Shown here: one piece after another, positions 9,147 to 19,387 of the stretch
How the letters are laid out: each line of letters begins with the position of its first letter
Numbering within the stretch: position 1 is the stretch's first letter
Assembly: GCA_965243135.1 (NCBI GenBank)
Contig: OZ251539.1
Location: 2,368,001-2,432,000 of the forward strand
Reading direction: 5' to 3'
From: Alphaproteobacteria bacterium
GTDB lineage: Bacteria; Pseudomonadota; Alphaproteobacteria; MPNO01; UBA830
Length of the DNA: 64,000 nt
Position numbers and translations under genes: made by a program
Notes under the pieces: generated by a model
What the model was told of the DNA's origin: nothing
Databases searched by the model: none
Seen by the model: only the letters and a program-made list of their open reading frames with translations

Positions 9147-10577
9147 ATGACGGACGTCGCGATCGTCGGCGGCGGCTTCACCGGCGCCGTCTTCGCGATC
9201 CACCTGTCACGCATGGCCAAACGGCGGCTCGACATCGCGATTATCGATCCGCGCGACCGCCCCGGTCGCGGCGTCGCCTACGATACGGCCGATCCGGACC
9301 ACCGGCTCAACGCGCCGTTGCCCGTGCATTTCGTCTATCCCGACGCGCCGAACCATCTGGCCGACTGGTACGTGGAACAAGGCGGCCCGGCGCGCGATCC
9401 CGAAGCGCGGGCGGCGGACGGCAACGTCTACATGCGGCGCGGGGATTTCGGGCGTTACGTCGAAGAGCAACTTCTCGCGCACATCGAAGACAACGCCTCC
9501 GGCTCGAAAATTCGGCACGTCAGATCGCGCGTTCTGGCCGCGCGCAAGGCATCCGACGGCTACAGGCTGACGTTGGACGACGGGCAAACGTTGCCGGCCC
9601 GGCTGACGGTCCTTGCGGCAAGCTACGATCGTCCCCATGCGCCGCCGCCCTTCGACGGCGCGATCTCCGATCATTCCGGGTTCCTCGCCGACCCGTGGGA
9701 CGCCGCCCGGATCCGGAAAATTCCGCCGGATGCCGGAGTTCTGGTGCTCGGCACGGCGCAAACTGCCTCGGACGCGATCGCCACGCTGCTGCGCTCCGGG
9801 CACAATGGCCCCATCACGGCGGTCTCGCGCCACGGCCTCCGTCCCCGCCGACGGCCGGCGGCTCTTTCCGGCGCTCCGCCGGACGTCATGGAACGCGTCG
9901 TTCGCCCCGTTTCCCTATTCACGACCGCGCACGGCCGGCATGCGACCGTCCGCAGCCTGCTGCGGACGCTGCGGGTCGAAGCGCGCCGGGCCGAAGCCGT
10001 CGGCGGCGCCTGGTTCGAACCCTTCGCCGATCTGCGGGATTCGGTCTGGGAGATCTGGCCTGCGTTGCCCCTGGCGGAAAAGCTCCGGTTCCTGCGCCAT
10101 TTGCGGGCCTGGTACGATGTCCACCGTTTTCAACTGCCGCCCCAAATCGAAGCGCGCCTCGCCGAAGCCGAGGCTGCCGGACAATTGTCGTTCGAGGCAG
10201 GCTTCTGCGTGTCGGCCGCACGCGACGGCGGCGCCTTTTCGGTCGTCATGCGGCGCAGGGGCAGCGGCGAACGCCACCGGAAAAAGTACGACGCCGTCGT
10301 CAACTGCACCGGGCCCGGCGTGCGACCGGACCGGTCGACGAACCCCATCGTGACGACTCTGGCGGCGCGCGGCTACGCGGCGCCCCATCCGGTGGGCATC
10401 GGCTTCCAGGTCGACGACAAATGCCGCGCGATCGGCGCCTGCGGACACGCGGATCCGCGATTGCGGATCGTCGGCCCGCTGACTTATGGCGCGTTCGCCG
10501 ACCAGCAGGGGGCCGCGTTCATTGCGCTGCGCCTGCACCGGATCATGCCCGACGTCGTCGCCTCGCTGCAACGCTGA
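9147..10577 (+). CDS. FAD/NAD(P)-binding oxidoreductase (FAD_binding_9 type)
   Basis: MTDVAIVGGGFTG Rossmann motif; GRGVAY..HRLN, RRGDFGRY, WYDVHRF and VVNCTGP. Confidence 0.85.
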   Translation: MTDVAIVGGGFTGAVFAIHLSRMAKRRLDIAIIDPRDRPGRGVAYDTADPDHRLNAPLPVHFVYPDAPNHLADWYVEQGGPARDPEARAADGNVYMRRGDFGRYVEEQLLAHIEDNASGSKIRHVRSRVLAARKASDGYRLTLDDGQTLPARLTVLAASYDRPHAPPPFDGAISDHSGFLADPWDAARIRKIPPDAGVLVLGTAQTASDAIATLLRSGHNGPITAVSRHGLRPRRRPAALSGAPPDVMERVVRPVSLFTTAHGRHATVRSLLRTLRVEARRAEAVGGAWFEPFADLRDSVWEIWPALPLAEKLRFLRHLRAWYDVHRFQLPPQIEARLAEAEAAGQLSFEAGFCVSAARDGGAFSVVMRRRGSGERHRKKYDAVVNCTGPGVRPDRSTNPIVTTLAARGYAAPHPVGIGFQVDDKCRAIGACGHADPRLRIVGPLTYGAFADQQGAAFIALRLHRIMPDVVASLQR

Positions 10578-10689
10578 GGCGGGTCGGCCGGCGGCGCGTT
10601 CGCTCTCGATCTTCGGTGGCGTTTCGCCGGACCCGTCGGCGGCAACGCCCCGGGGGAGCGCCCTCGGCAACCGCCGTCCGGCGGCATGA

Positions 10690-10807
10690 AAGACAATCGC
10701 CCCCGAAACGAAATGCGCCTGTTCGCCATGAATGGCGAGCGGCCGCTCTCCACCGCCGCCTCTTCGACTGCAGCGTTGATGAACGGACGCACTATGTCGT
10801 CAAGCAT
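10690..10807 (-). pseudogene. Short remnant of the ATPase partner gene (DUF4276/Toprim-like, tentative)
   Basis: ATG 10807 overlaps the ATPase stop and reads MLDDIVRPFINAAVEEAAV; a shifted frame gives IHGEQAHF. This resembles N-termini of partner proteins (INxAVEGxxDEAV..YGxxGK) but degenerates quickly. Confidence 0.35.
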
Positions 10808-11936
10808 CCGCGAGCCTCGACAAACGCATCGCACCGGAGGGCTGCGTTTTGGGAATCACTGCGTCGCCAAGATCAAGGCCGCCCTCCAAGAGAGCTCGTA
10901 CATCCTTGAATGAAGACGCCGGCACGGCTTCGGCGCCTTCGCGCCCAGGCAGGAACAGCAGCGTTTCATCGAGCCCGATTCCCTCGTCGGCAAGCAGCTC
11001 CGGCGAATGGGTGCTCAGGAAAATCTGCTTCGAAGGCAATTTCCTCACGCTCTCCAACATCTGCGGAAGCCTGCGAACAATGTCCGGATGAAGGGAAATC
11101 TCCGGCTCTTCCAGAAGCAGCGGACCGCATTCGTTAATCGCCGCCCATAGAAGCCCAATCAGACGCAATGTGCCGTCGGAAAACTGTTCCTCCGTCTGCC
11201 AGGCTGGACGCCAATGCTCATACTTCATGCGCAGGTGCGGCGCGCCGCGCTCGTCTCGCTTGAAGTCCAACTCCTTGAACTGCGGAATCGCGATCCGCAG
11301 GGCCTGTTCTATTCGCCTCAGTCGGCGCTCGCGCCGGTCCAGTCGCACCTTGGGGATCTGATCGAGAAAATCGCCGCCATCGCCGGAGCGCCTGATTGAT
11401 CTCTCGGGATCACGAACCAGCTGAGGCACCACATGCGGATACCTTATGGACTTGAAGAACGCCGCCAAGTCGCGGAAATCACGGTTTACGTTGACCTGTT
11501 CGAGAAAGGTTTGGGACAGGCGCGCGTCGTCGTCGCGGTCTTCTTCTTCCGGCCGATCTATGATCGTCTCGCTATCCCGCAACACCCGCTCCTTGCGCAG
11601 TTCCGGACGCCGCCGACGGCCTTCGTTGAAGGCGATTTCATAACGCCACCGAGCTCCGCGCCGCCCGTGAACGTCGACCCCGATCTCGACGTCAGTATTC
11701 CGGCGCGCCGTCAGGCATCGAATGGCCTTGATTCCCCCTCGCCGCTCAACCGCTTCCTCGAATCCCCCGCCCACCGACACCAAATCCTTCAAGAACCGGA
11801 AGGCGTCAAGAAGATTGGATTTACCGGCGGCGTTGGCGCCGACAAGGAACATGCGATTCTGAACCTCAATGTCGATGTCATGGAAATTCTTCCAGTTCCG
11901 AAGTCGAAGACGCCGAAATCGCAGATCATTCGCCAT
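10800..11936 (-). CDS. AAA/ABC-type ATPase (AAA_21/AbiEii-like, putative defence-associated)
   Basis: MANDLRFRRLRLRNWKNF; Walker A GANAAGKS, signature FSDGTLRL, Walker B LLLEEPEISLHP, H-loop STHS. Confidence 0.88.
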   Translation of the reverse strand: MANDLRFRRLRLRNWKNFHDIDIEVQNRMFLVGANAAGKSNLLDAFRFLKDLVSVGGGFEEAVERRGGIKAIRCLTARRNTDVEIGVDVHGRRGARWRYEIAFNEGRRRRPELRKERVLRDSETIIDRPEEEDRDDDARLSQTFLEQVNVNRDFRDLAAFFKSIRYPHVVPQLVRDPERSIRRSGDGGDFLDQIPKVRLDRRERRLRRIEQALRIAIPQFKELDFKRDERGAPHLRMKYEHWRPAWQTEEQFSDGTLRLIGLLWAAINECGPLLLEEPEISLHPDIVRRLPQMLESVRKLPSKQIFLSTHSPELLADEGIGLDETLLFLPGREGAEAVPASSFKDVRALLEGGLDLGDAVIPKTQPSGAMRLSRLADA

Positions 11937-12351
11937 CGCGTTTCTCCTGCGCATCGTTCGGTCCGCTCGGACGCGACCCTGCGCCGCCTCGCCTGATTGG
12001 TGGTCCACCTTCAGCCGACAGGGCTGTACCTTGTTCGGGCCGCGGAACCGTACAGGTTTCCTGACCGGATCTCGAAGCTCGACCGCGGAGCCCGTCGCGA
12101 CATAGAGCCAGCGGCGCTCGCAACGGTCCGCGGCCGGGCGACGCTCGTTCGGCGCGACGCTGCCGCCGGCGGCGGCGTTCGCGCCGCAGCGAAACTTCCT
12201 CATGGCGAAATTCCGCCCGGGGCGGACGGCCTTCGGAGCCGGCGACGCCGTTCCCCTCGTCTTCATGCGCCTTACCGGCCTCCCCTGTCGACTCCGAGAC
12301 GCAACGCAGGCCCTCGGCAGTCTCTGTCGCGTGGGCGGGTTGGCCAGCCGG

Positions 12352-14697
12352 TCAAGGCGCGGAGCGACGGCGTCGCCGACCGCCTTCTTCCGCCAGTTCG
12401 ATCGCGGCGCGCACCCGCGCAGGCGTCATAGGCATCGAAATATCGGTCGCGCCGAGCGGACGCAACGCGTCGAGAACCGCGTTCACCGCGAGTACCGGCG
12501 AAATCGCCACGCCCGCCTCGCCCGCCGCCTTCGCGCCCATCGGATTGACGGAAGTGGGAACCGGATTGAGTTCGCAAAGGAATCGCGACTCGGGCGCGTC
12601 GTCCGCTCGCGGCAGGCCGTAGTCGAGAAAGGAGCCGGAAAGCATCTGGCCGCTCTCGCGGTCGTAAACCACGTGTTCCGAGAAGGCTTGCCCGAGACCG
12701 TGCACGACGCCACCCCGGAGCTGCGCCTCGACCAGAACCGGGTTCACGGGCGTTCCGCAATCGTGAACCATCGCGTATCTGTCGACCCGCGCGTCGCCCG
12801 TCTCGGGATCGACTTCGACCTCGCAGCAATGCGCGCCGTTGGGAAAGGTGAAGTTTTCTGGAAGAAACCGCTCGCGGACCGCGATGCCGCCAGCCTGCGA
12901 CACGACTCTGTCGAGCGCGACCGACCGGTCGGTGCCCGCCACGACGAACCGGCCGTCGCGGAACCGCACGTCCTCGACCGCCGCTTCGAGCAGGACCGAA
13001 GCGACCGCTCCGGCCTTTTCGATCGCCCCGTCGGCCGCGCGCGCGACCGCGGATCCGCCGACGACCAGCGAACGGCATGCGCCGGTACCGGTGCCGTAGG
13101 CGATGTCGTCGGTGTCGCCCTGAATGACGCGAATGCGGTCCATCGATACGCCGAGACGGTCCGCTGCGATCTGGGCGTAGACCGTGTCGTGGCCCTGGCC
13201 GTTGGACATGGATCCGATGCGGAGTTCGAACGTTCCGTCCGATCCGCATCTGAGGTCGGCTTCTTCGTCGAGTCCGAAACCCAGCGCCTCGATCGTGTTG
13301 CAGACGCCGAACCCCCGCAGCAGCCCGGCGCGGGCCGAAGACGCGCGTCGTTCGGCATAGCCCGAGCGATCCGACAAGACCAGCGCGCGGTCGAGATTCG
13401 CGGCGAACTCGCCGCAGTCGTAGTCGAGTCCGGTGATCGTCCGATAAGGCAACCGGCGAATCAGGTTGTCGCGGCGGAGCGCGGCGCGATCGACTCCGAA
13501 TTGGGCCGCGGCGGCGTCCATAAGGCGCTCCGGGGTATACTGCCCCTCCGGCTCTCCGGCGCCGCGAATCGGGCAGGTCGGCACGGTGTTGGTCAGAACG
13601 CCGCGCGCCTCGAAGTATCCCGTTTTCACGTCGTAGACCGACGGCGCGACCTTCACGGAATTGCGCACCGGATTGACGGCCCGCGGAGCCAGGTAAGCGC
13701 CGATATTGACGTCGTTGACCACCCGCATCGCGAGGAGGCGGCGGCGGGAATCGAATGCGCATTCCGCCCGGGAGATCATGTCTCGCGAATGAACGTCGGC
13801 AAGGAAGGATTCCGACCGGTCGCAGATCCAGCGGACCGGACGCCCGATCCGCCGCGCCGCCCACAAGACCAGCACCTGCTCGGGATAGACGATGTTCTTG
13901 GATCCGAAACCGCCGCCGAGCCGCGGCACGACGACCCGGATTTTTTCCGGCGCGCAGAAAAAGCAGAACTTCGCGAGCGTGTTCCTGACCGGATGCGGCT
14001 TTCCGGCCGTCGCGCGGAGCGTGAATTTTTCCTCGGCGGGATCCCAGGAGCCGATATAACCGCGCGTCTCGACGGGCGCGCCGACCCCGCGGTTCTGCAC
14101 GTGCGCGATCCGTGCAACGTGGGCGGCGGCGGCAAACGCCGCCTCGGTCGCCGCCCTGTCGCCGAAGGCGACCCGAAAGCAGACATTGTCGGGAAACCGC
14201 GGGTCGATCGGCGGCGCGCCCTCGTTCAGCGCGTCCGCCACGTGGACGACTGCGGGCAGAGGCCGGCATTCGACCGTGACCGCTTCGGCTCCGTCCCTTG
14301 CGGCGTTCCGGGAATCGCCGATGACCATCGCCAGGATCTGACCGACGTAGCGCGCGCGGTCCGCGGGCATCGCCGGTTGCGGGGGCGCGACCGACGGATC
14401 CCCCAAAGGCGCCGTCTCGTCGGCGTCCGGCGGACGGATTTCCCAAGGCACGCCGCCGATCCCGTCGTTCTCGAGATCGCTTCCCGTCAGGACGGCGAGA
14501 ACCCCCCGGCGGCGACGCGCCGCCGCCGCGTCGATACGCAGGATGGCGGCGTGCGGTTCGACGGAGCGCACGAAAGCCGCGTAGGCTTCTCCGGGCAGGC
14601 GGATATCGTCGAGGAACGCGGCCGTTCCTCGAAGAAGCTCCTCGTCTTCGAGGCGCTGGACCGACCGCCCGACAAGACCGCCGGCGAAATCGCTCAC
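12352..14697 (-). CDS. Xanthine dehydrogenase/CoxL-family molybdopterin-binding subunit
   Basis: From GTG 14697: VGRSVQRLEDEELLRG..GGGFGSK..PTCPIRGAGEPEG..SNGQGHDT..DCGTPVNP..AKAAGE. Confidence 0.92.
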   Translation of the reverse strand: MSDFAGGLVGRSVQRLEDEELLRGTAAFLDDIRLPGEAYAAFVRSVEPHAAILRIDAAAARRRRGVLAVLTGSDLENDGIGGVPWEIRPPDADETAPLGDPSVAPPQPAMPADRARYVGQILAMVIGDSRNAARDGAEAVTVECRPLPAVVHVADALNEGAPPIDPRFPDNVCFRVAFGDRAATEAAFAAAAHVARIAHVQNRGVGAPVETRGYIGSWDPAEEKFTLRATAGKPHPVRNTLAKFCFFCAPEKIRVVVPRLGGGFGSKNIVYPEQVLVLWAARRIGRPVRWICDRSESFLADVHSRDMISRAECAFDSRRRLLAMRVVNDVNIGAYLAPRAVNPVRNSVKVAPSVYDVKTGYFEARGVLTNTVPTCPIRGAGEPEGQYTPERLMDAAAAQFGVDRAALRRDNLIRRLPYRTITGLDYDCGEFAANLDRALVLSDRSGYAERRASSARAGLLRGFGVCNTIEALGFGLDEEADLRCGSDGTFELRIGSMSNGQGHDTVYAQIAADRLGVSMDRIRVIQGDTDDIAYGTGTGACRSLVVGGSAVARAADGAIEKAGAVASVLLEAAVEDVRFRDGRFVVAGTDRSVALDRVVSQAGGIAVRERFLPENFTFPNGAHCCEVEVDPETGDARVDRYAMVHDCGTPVNPVLVEAQLRGGVVHGLGQAFSEHVVYDRESGQMLSGSFLDYGLPRADDAPESRFLCELNPVPTSVNPMGAKAAGEAGVAISPVLAVNAVLDALRPLGATDISMPMTPARVRAAIELAEEGGRRRRRSAP

Positions 14698-15468
14698 GTG
14701 CGACGCGGCGACAGGGCGCCGCGGCCGAAGGCGAACGCGCCGGTCCGGCTCCCGGAGACGCCGGCGTCCGCGAGAACCTCTTCGGCGCAGAAGGTCGTGT
14801 TCCGCGCTTTGCGAAAACCTCCTGCATGATCTCGCGAAAGGAAGTCTCGACTCGGGGACCGGCGCGCCGGTCCGCCTCGACGAAAATCGACCGCGTCGTC
14901 CATCGAGCGTGCCGGTTTCGAACCAGGGCGCAGCGCGAAAATTCTTCCTCCGTTTCTCCGGTCCCTTGCGCGTCGACACAGCCGCGCCTTTCGGTCGCCC
15001 GGAGATCCAGGGTTCGCCGGCAAGGCGCAGTTACGAGACTCCGAGGCATAGCGGGGATCGAACTTCACGACCTTGCCGTCCGGCCGGGCCGGTCCGCCGG
15101 ACAGCGCCCGCCCCGACAAGCGCGGGCCATCCGGAACGCCGTTCCCGAGGCGCCGGCGGAAGCCGTAATTCCCATGGCGGAGCCCCGGCCCGGCGGTCAA
15201 CCTGGTCGCGAACTCCAGTCCCGAGGCCATCATGCCATATCTCCCGCAAACCGCCCGGCTTCCCGTTCCGCGGATCCTTTTCCCCACGCGCCAACGACCC
15301 GCGAAGCGTGGCGAATCCTCCGACGACGCGCAAGCGTCCGCGCGGCTGCGGCCGCCCGATCCCTCTCCGCGACCCGTTCGCCGCCGGACAGGGTTGGCCC
15401 GAACGCGCCAAACGTTCTATATTATGACGGCCGTCGGCGCCGCGGCGGCCGGAACTCGGAGGACGGTC

Positions 15469-17628
15469 ATGGAACGCTCGTTCGCACGCGAAGTCGAAAT
15501 GCTCCGCCGCGGAGACGGCGAGCATTTCGAGGGCGAAGGAATCCTCGCGATCACCAAGGCGCTGCTGCAATCGGGGGTTTCCTACGTCGGCGGCTACCAG
15601 GGCGCGCCGGTCTCGCACTTGATGGACGTCCTTACGTCCGATTCGAAGGGCCTGATGGCCGATCTCGGCGTTCACGCCGAAGTATGCGCGAACGAAGCCG
15701 CCGCCTGCGCCATGCTCGCCGCCTCGGTGAACTATCCGATCAGGGGCGCGGTGACCTGGAAATCGACGGTCGGCACCAACGTCGCCTCGGACGCCCTGTC
15801 CAACATCGCGTCGGTCGGGGTCAAGGGCGGCGCGCTCATCATTCTCGGGGAAGACTACGGCGAGGGCTCCTCGATCATTCAGGAGCGCAGCCACGCCTTC
15901 GCCATGAAGAGTTCCGTCTGGCTGATGGATCCGCGCGTCGACCATCCGCGCGTCGTCGAACTGGTCGAGAAGGCGTTCGAACTGTCGGAGGCCAGCAACG
16001 CGCCGGTGATGATGGAGTTCCGAATTCGCGCCTGTCACGTCACCGGCAGGTTCGCCACCAGGAACAACCGGAAGCCCCGGTATTCCATGAACGATCCGAT
16101 CCCGGAGCCGGACTTCGACCTCGAACGGATCGCCCTGCCGCCCGCGACCTACCTTCAGGAACGTAAAAAGGTCGACGAACGCTTTCCGGCGGCCGTCGAA
16201 TTCATCCGCAAGAATCGCCTCAACGAGGTTTTCGGCGGCGACTGCGACGACGTCGGCATCATCTGCCAGGGCGGTCTCTACAACTCGGTGATCCGCGCCC
16301 TGCAGCAGCTCGGACTGGCCGACCCCTTCGGTGCCGCTCGCATCCCGATCTACTGCATGAACGTGACCTACCCGATGGTCCCGGACGAAGTCGTCGCCTT
16401 CTGCGCCGGCAAGCGTTCGGTCGCCATCGTCGAGGAAGGCTTCCCGGAATACCTGGAGCAGGCGCTGAACGCCACCCTGCGCAAGGCGGATCTGAACACT
16501 ACGGTCGTAGGGAAGGACGTCTTCCCCCGAGCCGGGGAATACCAGTCCGAAGTCATGCTTAACGGCGTCGCCCGGTTCATCGAGGGCGCCGTGCCGAAGG
16601 GCGTCGATCTCGGGCCGGTCGCCGCAGTAACCAAGGCGATCGCCGACAACAAGGCGCTCGCCGCCGAACTGCTCGGCGCGGAGATCCCGAAGCGTCCGCC
16701 GAGCTTCTGCACGGGCTGCCCGGAAAGGCCGGTGTTTTCCGCGCTCAAGCTGGCGCAGCGCGATCCCGAAATCGGCGAGATGCACGTCTCGGCGGATATC
16801 GGCTGCCACACGTTCGCCGCCTTGCCCCCCTTCGGCCTCGGCAACACCGTGACCGGTTACGGGCTGGGCCTTGCGAGCTCCGCGGGCGTCAAGGACGCCA
16901 TGAAGGGGCATACGATTTCGATCATGGGCGACGGCGGCTTCTGGCACAACGGGCTGTCCACCGGCATCACCGGCGCCGTCTTCAACAAGCACGACAATCT
17001 CCTGATCGTCATGGCGAACGGGTACTCTTCCGCCACGGGCCAGCAATACCTCCCGTCGTCCACCGCCGGAGGCGCGCGTCCGGCGGACACCGTCGTCCCC
17101 ATCGAGTCGGCGCTCAAGGGCGTCGGCGTGAAGTGGATCCGCAAGCAGTACACCTACCGGGTCGGGAAAATGCGCAAGCTCATCAAGGAGGCGCTGACCT
17201 CGCCGGAGAAAGGCCTCAAGGTCATCATCGCCGAAGCGGAATGCCAGATCGCCAAGCAACGTCGCGAGAAACCCTTGGCGGCCAAGGCGCTCAAGGCCGG
17301 CGATCGCGTAATCCGCACCCGCTTCGGCGTCGACGAGGACACCTGCACCGGCGATCATTCCTGCATTCGGCTTTCGGGCTGTCCGTCGCTTTCGGTCAAA
17401 CCCAACCCGGATCCGCTGCGGAAAGATCCGGTGGCGACGGTGCTGAACTCTTGCGTCGGCTGCGGGTTGTGCGGCGAGGTCGCCGACGCCGCCGTTCTGT
17501 GCCCCTCGTTCTTCAAGGCCGACGTCGTTCAGAATCCGTCGCTGGCCGACCGCGCGCTTCATCGCGTTCGCTCGGCCGTGATCGGTTTCTTCCAAGGCAA
17601 CGCGGCGCAGCCCGCCGCCGCCGAATGA
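15469..17628 (+). CDS. iorA: Indolepyruvate:ferredoxin oxidoreductase subunit alpha
   Basis: MERSFAREV..GYQGAPVS..RPPSFCTGCPER..DIGC..ThDP motif MGDGGFWHNG; C-terminal ferredoxin Cys motifs CTGDHSC and CVGCGLC. Confidence 0.92.
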   Translation: MERSFAREVEMLRRGDGEHFEGEGILAITKALLQSGVSYVGGYQGAPVSHLMDVLTSDSKGLMADLGVHAEVCANEAAACAMLAASVNYPIRGAVTWKSTVGTNVASDALSNIASVGVKGGALIILGEDYGEGSSIIQERSHAFAMKSSVWLMDPRVDHPRVVELVEKAFELSEASNAPVMMEFRIRACHVTGRFATRNNRKPRYSMNDPIPEPDFDLERIALPPATYLQERKKVDERFPAAVEFIRKNRLNEVFGGDCDDVGIICQGGLYNSVIRALQQLGLADPFGAARIPIYCMNVTYPMVPDEVVAFCAGKRSVAIVEEGFPEYLEQALNATLRKADLNTTVVGKDVFPRAGEYQSEVMLNGVARFIEGAVPKGVDLGPVAAVTKAIADNKALAAELLGAEIPKRPPSFCTGCPERPVFSALKLAQRDPEIGEMHVSADIGCHTFAALPPFGLGNTVTGYGLGLASSAGVKDAMKGHTISIMGDGGFWHNGLSTGITGAVFNKHDNLLIVMANGYSSATGQQYLPSSTAGGARPADTVVPIESALKGVGVKWIRKQYTYRVGKMRKLIKEALTSPEKGLKVIIAEAECQIAKQRREKPLAAKALKAGDRVIRTRFGVDEDTCTGDHSCIRLSGCPSLSVKPNPDPLRKDPVATVLNSCVGCGLCGEVADAAVLCPSFFKADVVQNPSLADRALHRVRSAVIGFFQGNAAQPAAAE

Positions 17629-19157
17629 GTTCCCTTCCCGAACGTCCGATCTCGATGGTGGTCGGCGCCCTCGGCGGCGAGGGAGGCGGCGTGCTCACGA
17701 CCTGGATCGTTCGCGCAGCGGAACTATGCGGATTTCCGGTCCAATCGACTTCGATTCCCGGCGTCGCCCAGCGTACCGGAGCCACGACCTACTACGTCGA
17801 GATCTATCCCGCTCCTCACGATGCGCTGAAAGAGCGCCGGCCGGTGATGGCGCTCTACCCCGCTCCCGGCAACATGGATATCGTGATCACCTCCGAACTC
17901 ATGGAGGCGGGCCGCATGCTCGAAAGCGGCATGGTCACGTCCGACCGGACGACCTTGATCGCGTCTACGCATCGCGTCTATTCGATCTTCGAAAAATCGG
18001 CGATGGGCGACGGACTGTTCAGAAGCGAGAAGCTCGGCAACGCCGCGCAAAAGCTCAGCAAGCGCGCCGTGATGTTCGACATGGCGGCGCTCGCCGAGCG
18101 CGAGCGGACGGTCCTTAACGCCATCGTCCTGGGAGTGATCGCAGGATCGGGCGACCTGCCGATACCGGCCGAACGCTTCGAAGCCGCCGTGCGGGACGCC
18201 GGAGTGGCCGTGGAATCCAACCTGCGCGGTTTCGAGGCCGGTCTCGCCTACATGCGGGGCGAACTCGCGCTTCCCTCCCCGGAAGCGGCGAAAAAGACCC
18301 GTCCCGCCAGACCGAGCGCCGAAAGCCTGCTTTCCGAAGTGGCTTCGACCTACCCGGCGGAGACGCAAGCCGTCGTATCCGAGGGCGTCAAGCGACTGGT
18401 CGACTATCAGAATCCGGCATACGCCCGCCTCTATCTCGACCGGCTGGCCCCGATTTGCGCGATCGACCGGGAACGCGGCGGCGAGAACTGGACTCTGACG
18501 ATGGAGACCGGCCGTTATCTTGCGCTGATGATGTCCTACGAGGACATCATCCGCATATCCGATCTCAAGTCCCGACGGTCGCGCATGGAACGGCTGCGCG
18601 GCGAAGTGGCGGCGAAGCCGGGCGAGCCTGTGCGGATCACGGAATTCCTGAAACCCGGCTTCGACGAATTCACGTCGGTCATGCCGCCGTGGCTGGGCCG
18701 ACCGATCATGAACTGGGCCCGCGGCAACGACTGGGCGAAGGACTTCAACTTCGCCATGCGCGTGCGCACCGACACGATCTGGGGCTTTCTGCGGCTCCGA
18801 ACTCTGTCGAAACTGCGCTTCTTCCGACCGCGAACCTATCGCTACGCCGAAGAACAGCGGATGATCGAGTCGTGGCTCCGGACCATTCGGGAAGCCGCCG
18901 CGCGCCATTACGGGCTAGCCGTCGAAATCGCCGAACTTGCCAATCTGCGCAAAGGCTACGCCGATACCCACAAGCGCGGAATCGCCAATTTCTCGCGCAT
19001 CATGGACGGCATCGCGGCGCCCTGCGCCCGCGCCGAGCGGGATCCGGCCTGGGGCGCCGAGGCGATCGTGCGCGCCCGGGAAGCCGCGCTCGCCGACCCG
19101 GAAGGGGCGGCGCTCGGAAAGACGATGGCGGAACTGGAAGCCGTGGCCGCCGAATAG
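17625..19157 (+). CDS. iorB: Indolepyruvate oxidoreductase subunit beta family protein
   Basis: ATGA overlap with iorA; GALGGEGGGV, PGVAQRTGAT, MSYEDIIR and KGYADTH motifs. Confidence 0.9.
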   Translation: MSSLPERPISMVVGALGGEGGGVLTTWIVRAAELCGFPVQSTSIPGVAQRTGATTYYVEIYPAPHDALKERRPVMALYPAPGNMDIVITSELMEAGRMLESGMVTSDRTTLIASTHRVYSIFEKSAMGDGLFRSEKLGNAAQKLSKRAVMFDMAALAERERTVLNAIVLGVIAGSGDLPIPAERFEAAVRDAGVAVESNLRGFEAGLAYMRGELALPSPEAAKKTRPARPSAESLLSEVASTYPAETQAVVSEGVKRLVDYQNPAYARLYLDRLAPICAIDRERGGENWTLTMETGRYLALMMSYEDIIRISDLKSRRSRMERLRGEVAAKPGEPVRITEFLKPGFDEFTSVMPPWLGRPIMNWARGNDWAKDFNFAMRVRTDTIWGFLRLRTLSKLRFFRPRTYRYAEEQRMIESWLRTIREAAARHYGLAVEIAELANLRKGYADTHKRGIANFSRIMDGIAAPCARAERDPAWGAEAIVRAREAALADPEGAALGKTMAELEAVAAE

Positions 19158-19387
19158 GCCGGTCGCCGACGAGACGGCAGGAAGACGAGGCGCGGCCCGC
19201 GCGTTCCGACCCCGAAGCGCGGAAACGTCGACCGCCCAAGGCGTCAACGAGAAATCATGCCGGAAAAATTCGAAGCGCTTGCGTCGACCCGCCTTCGCCG
19301 TTCCCCGCCTCGCAACTTCCGACGCGGCGCAGGCGGCGAAGGAGGCGTGGACGCCAGAACGGGAGAGGCAAGCGGCGCGACGGCCGG

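Noticed and set aside
12352-14697. Aerobic CO dehydrogenase (coxL form I)
   Set aside because: It lacks the AYxCSFR motif and has no adjacent coxM/coxS or accessory genes.
12202-17595. Very long alternative ORFs (12202-14829 +, 12272-15049 -, 15031-17595 -) and similar ones throughout the window
   Set aside because: These are Arg/Gly/Pro-rich shadow frames of real genes in high-GC DNA, with no family motifs.
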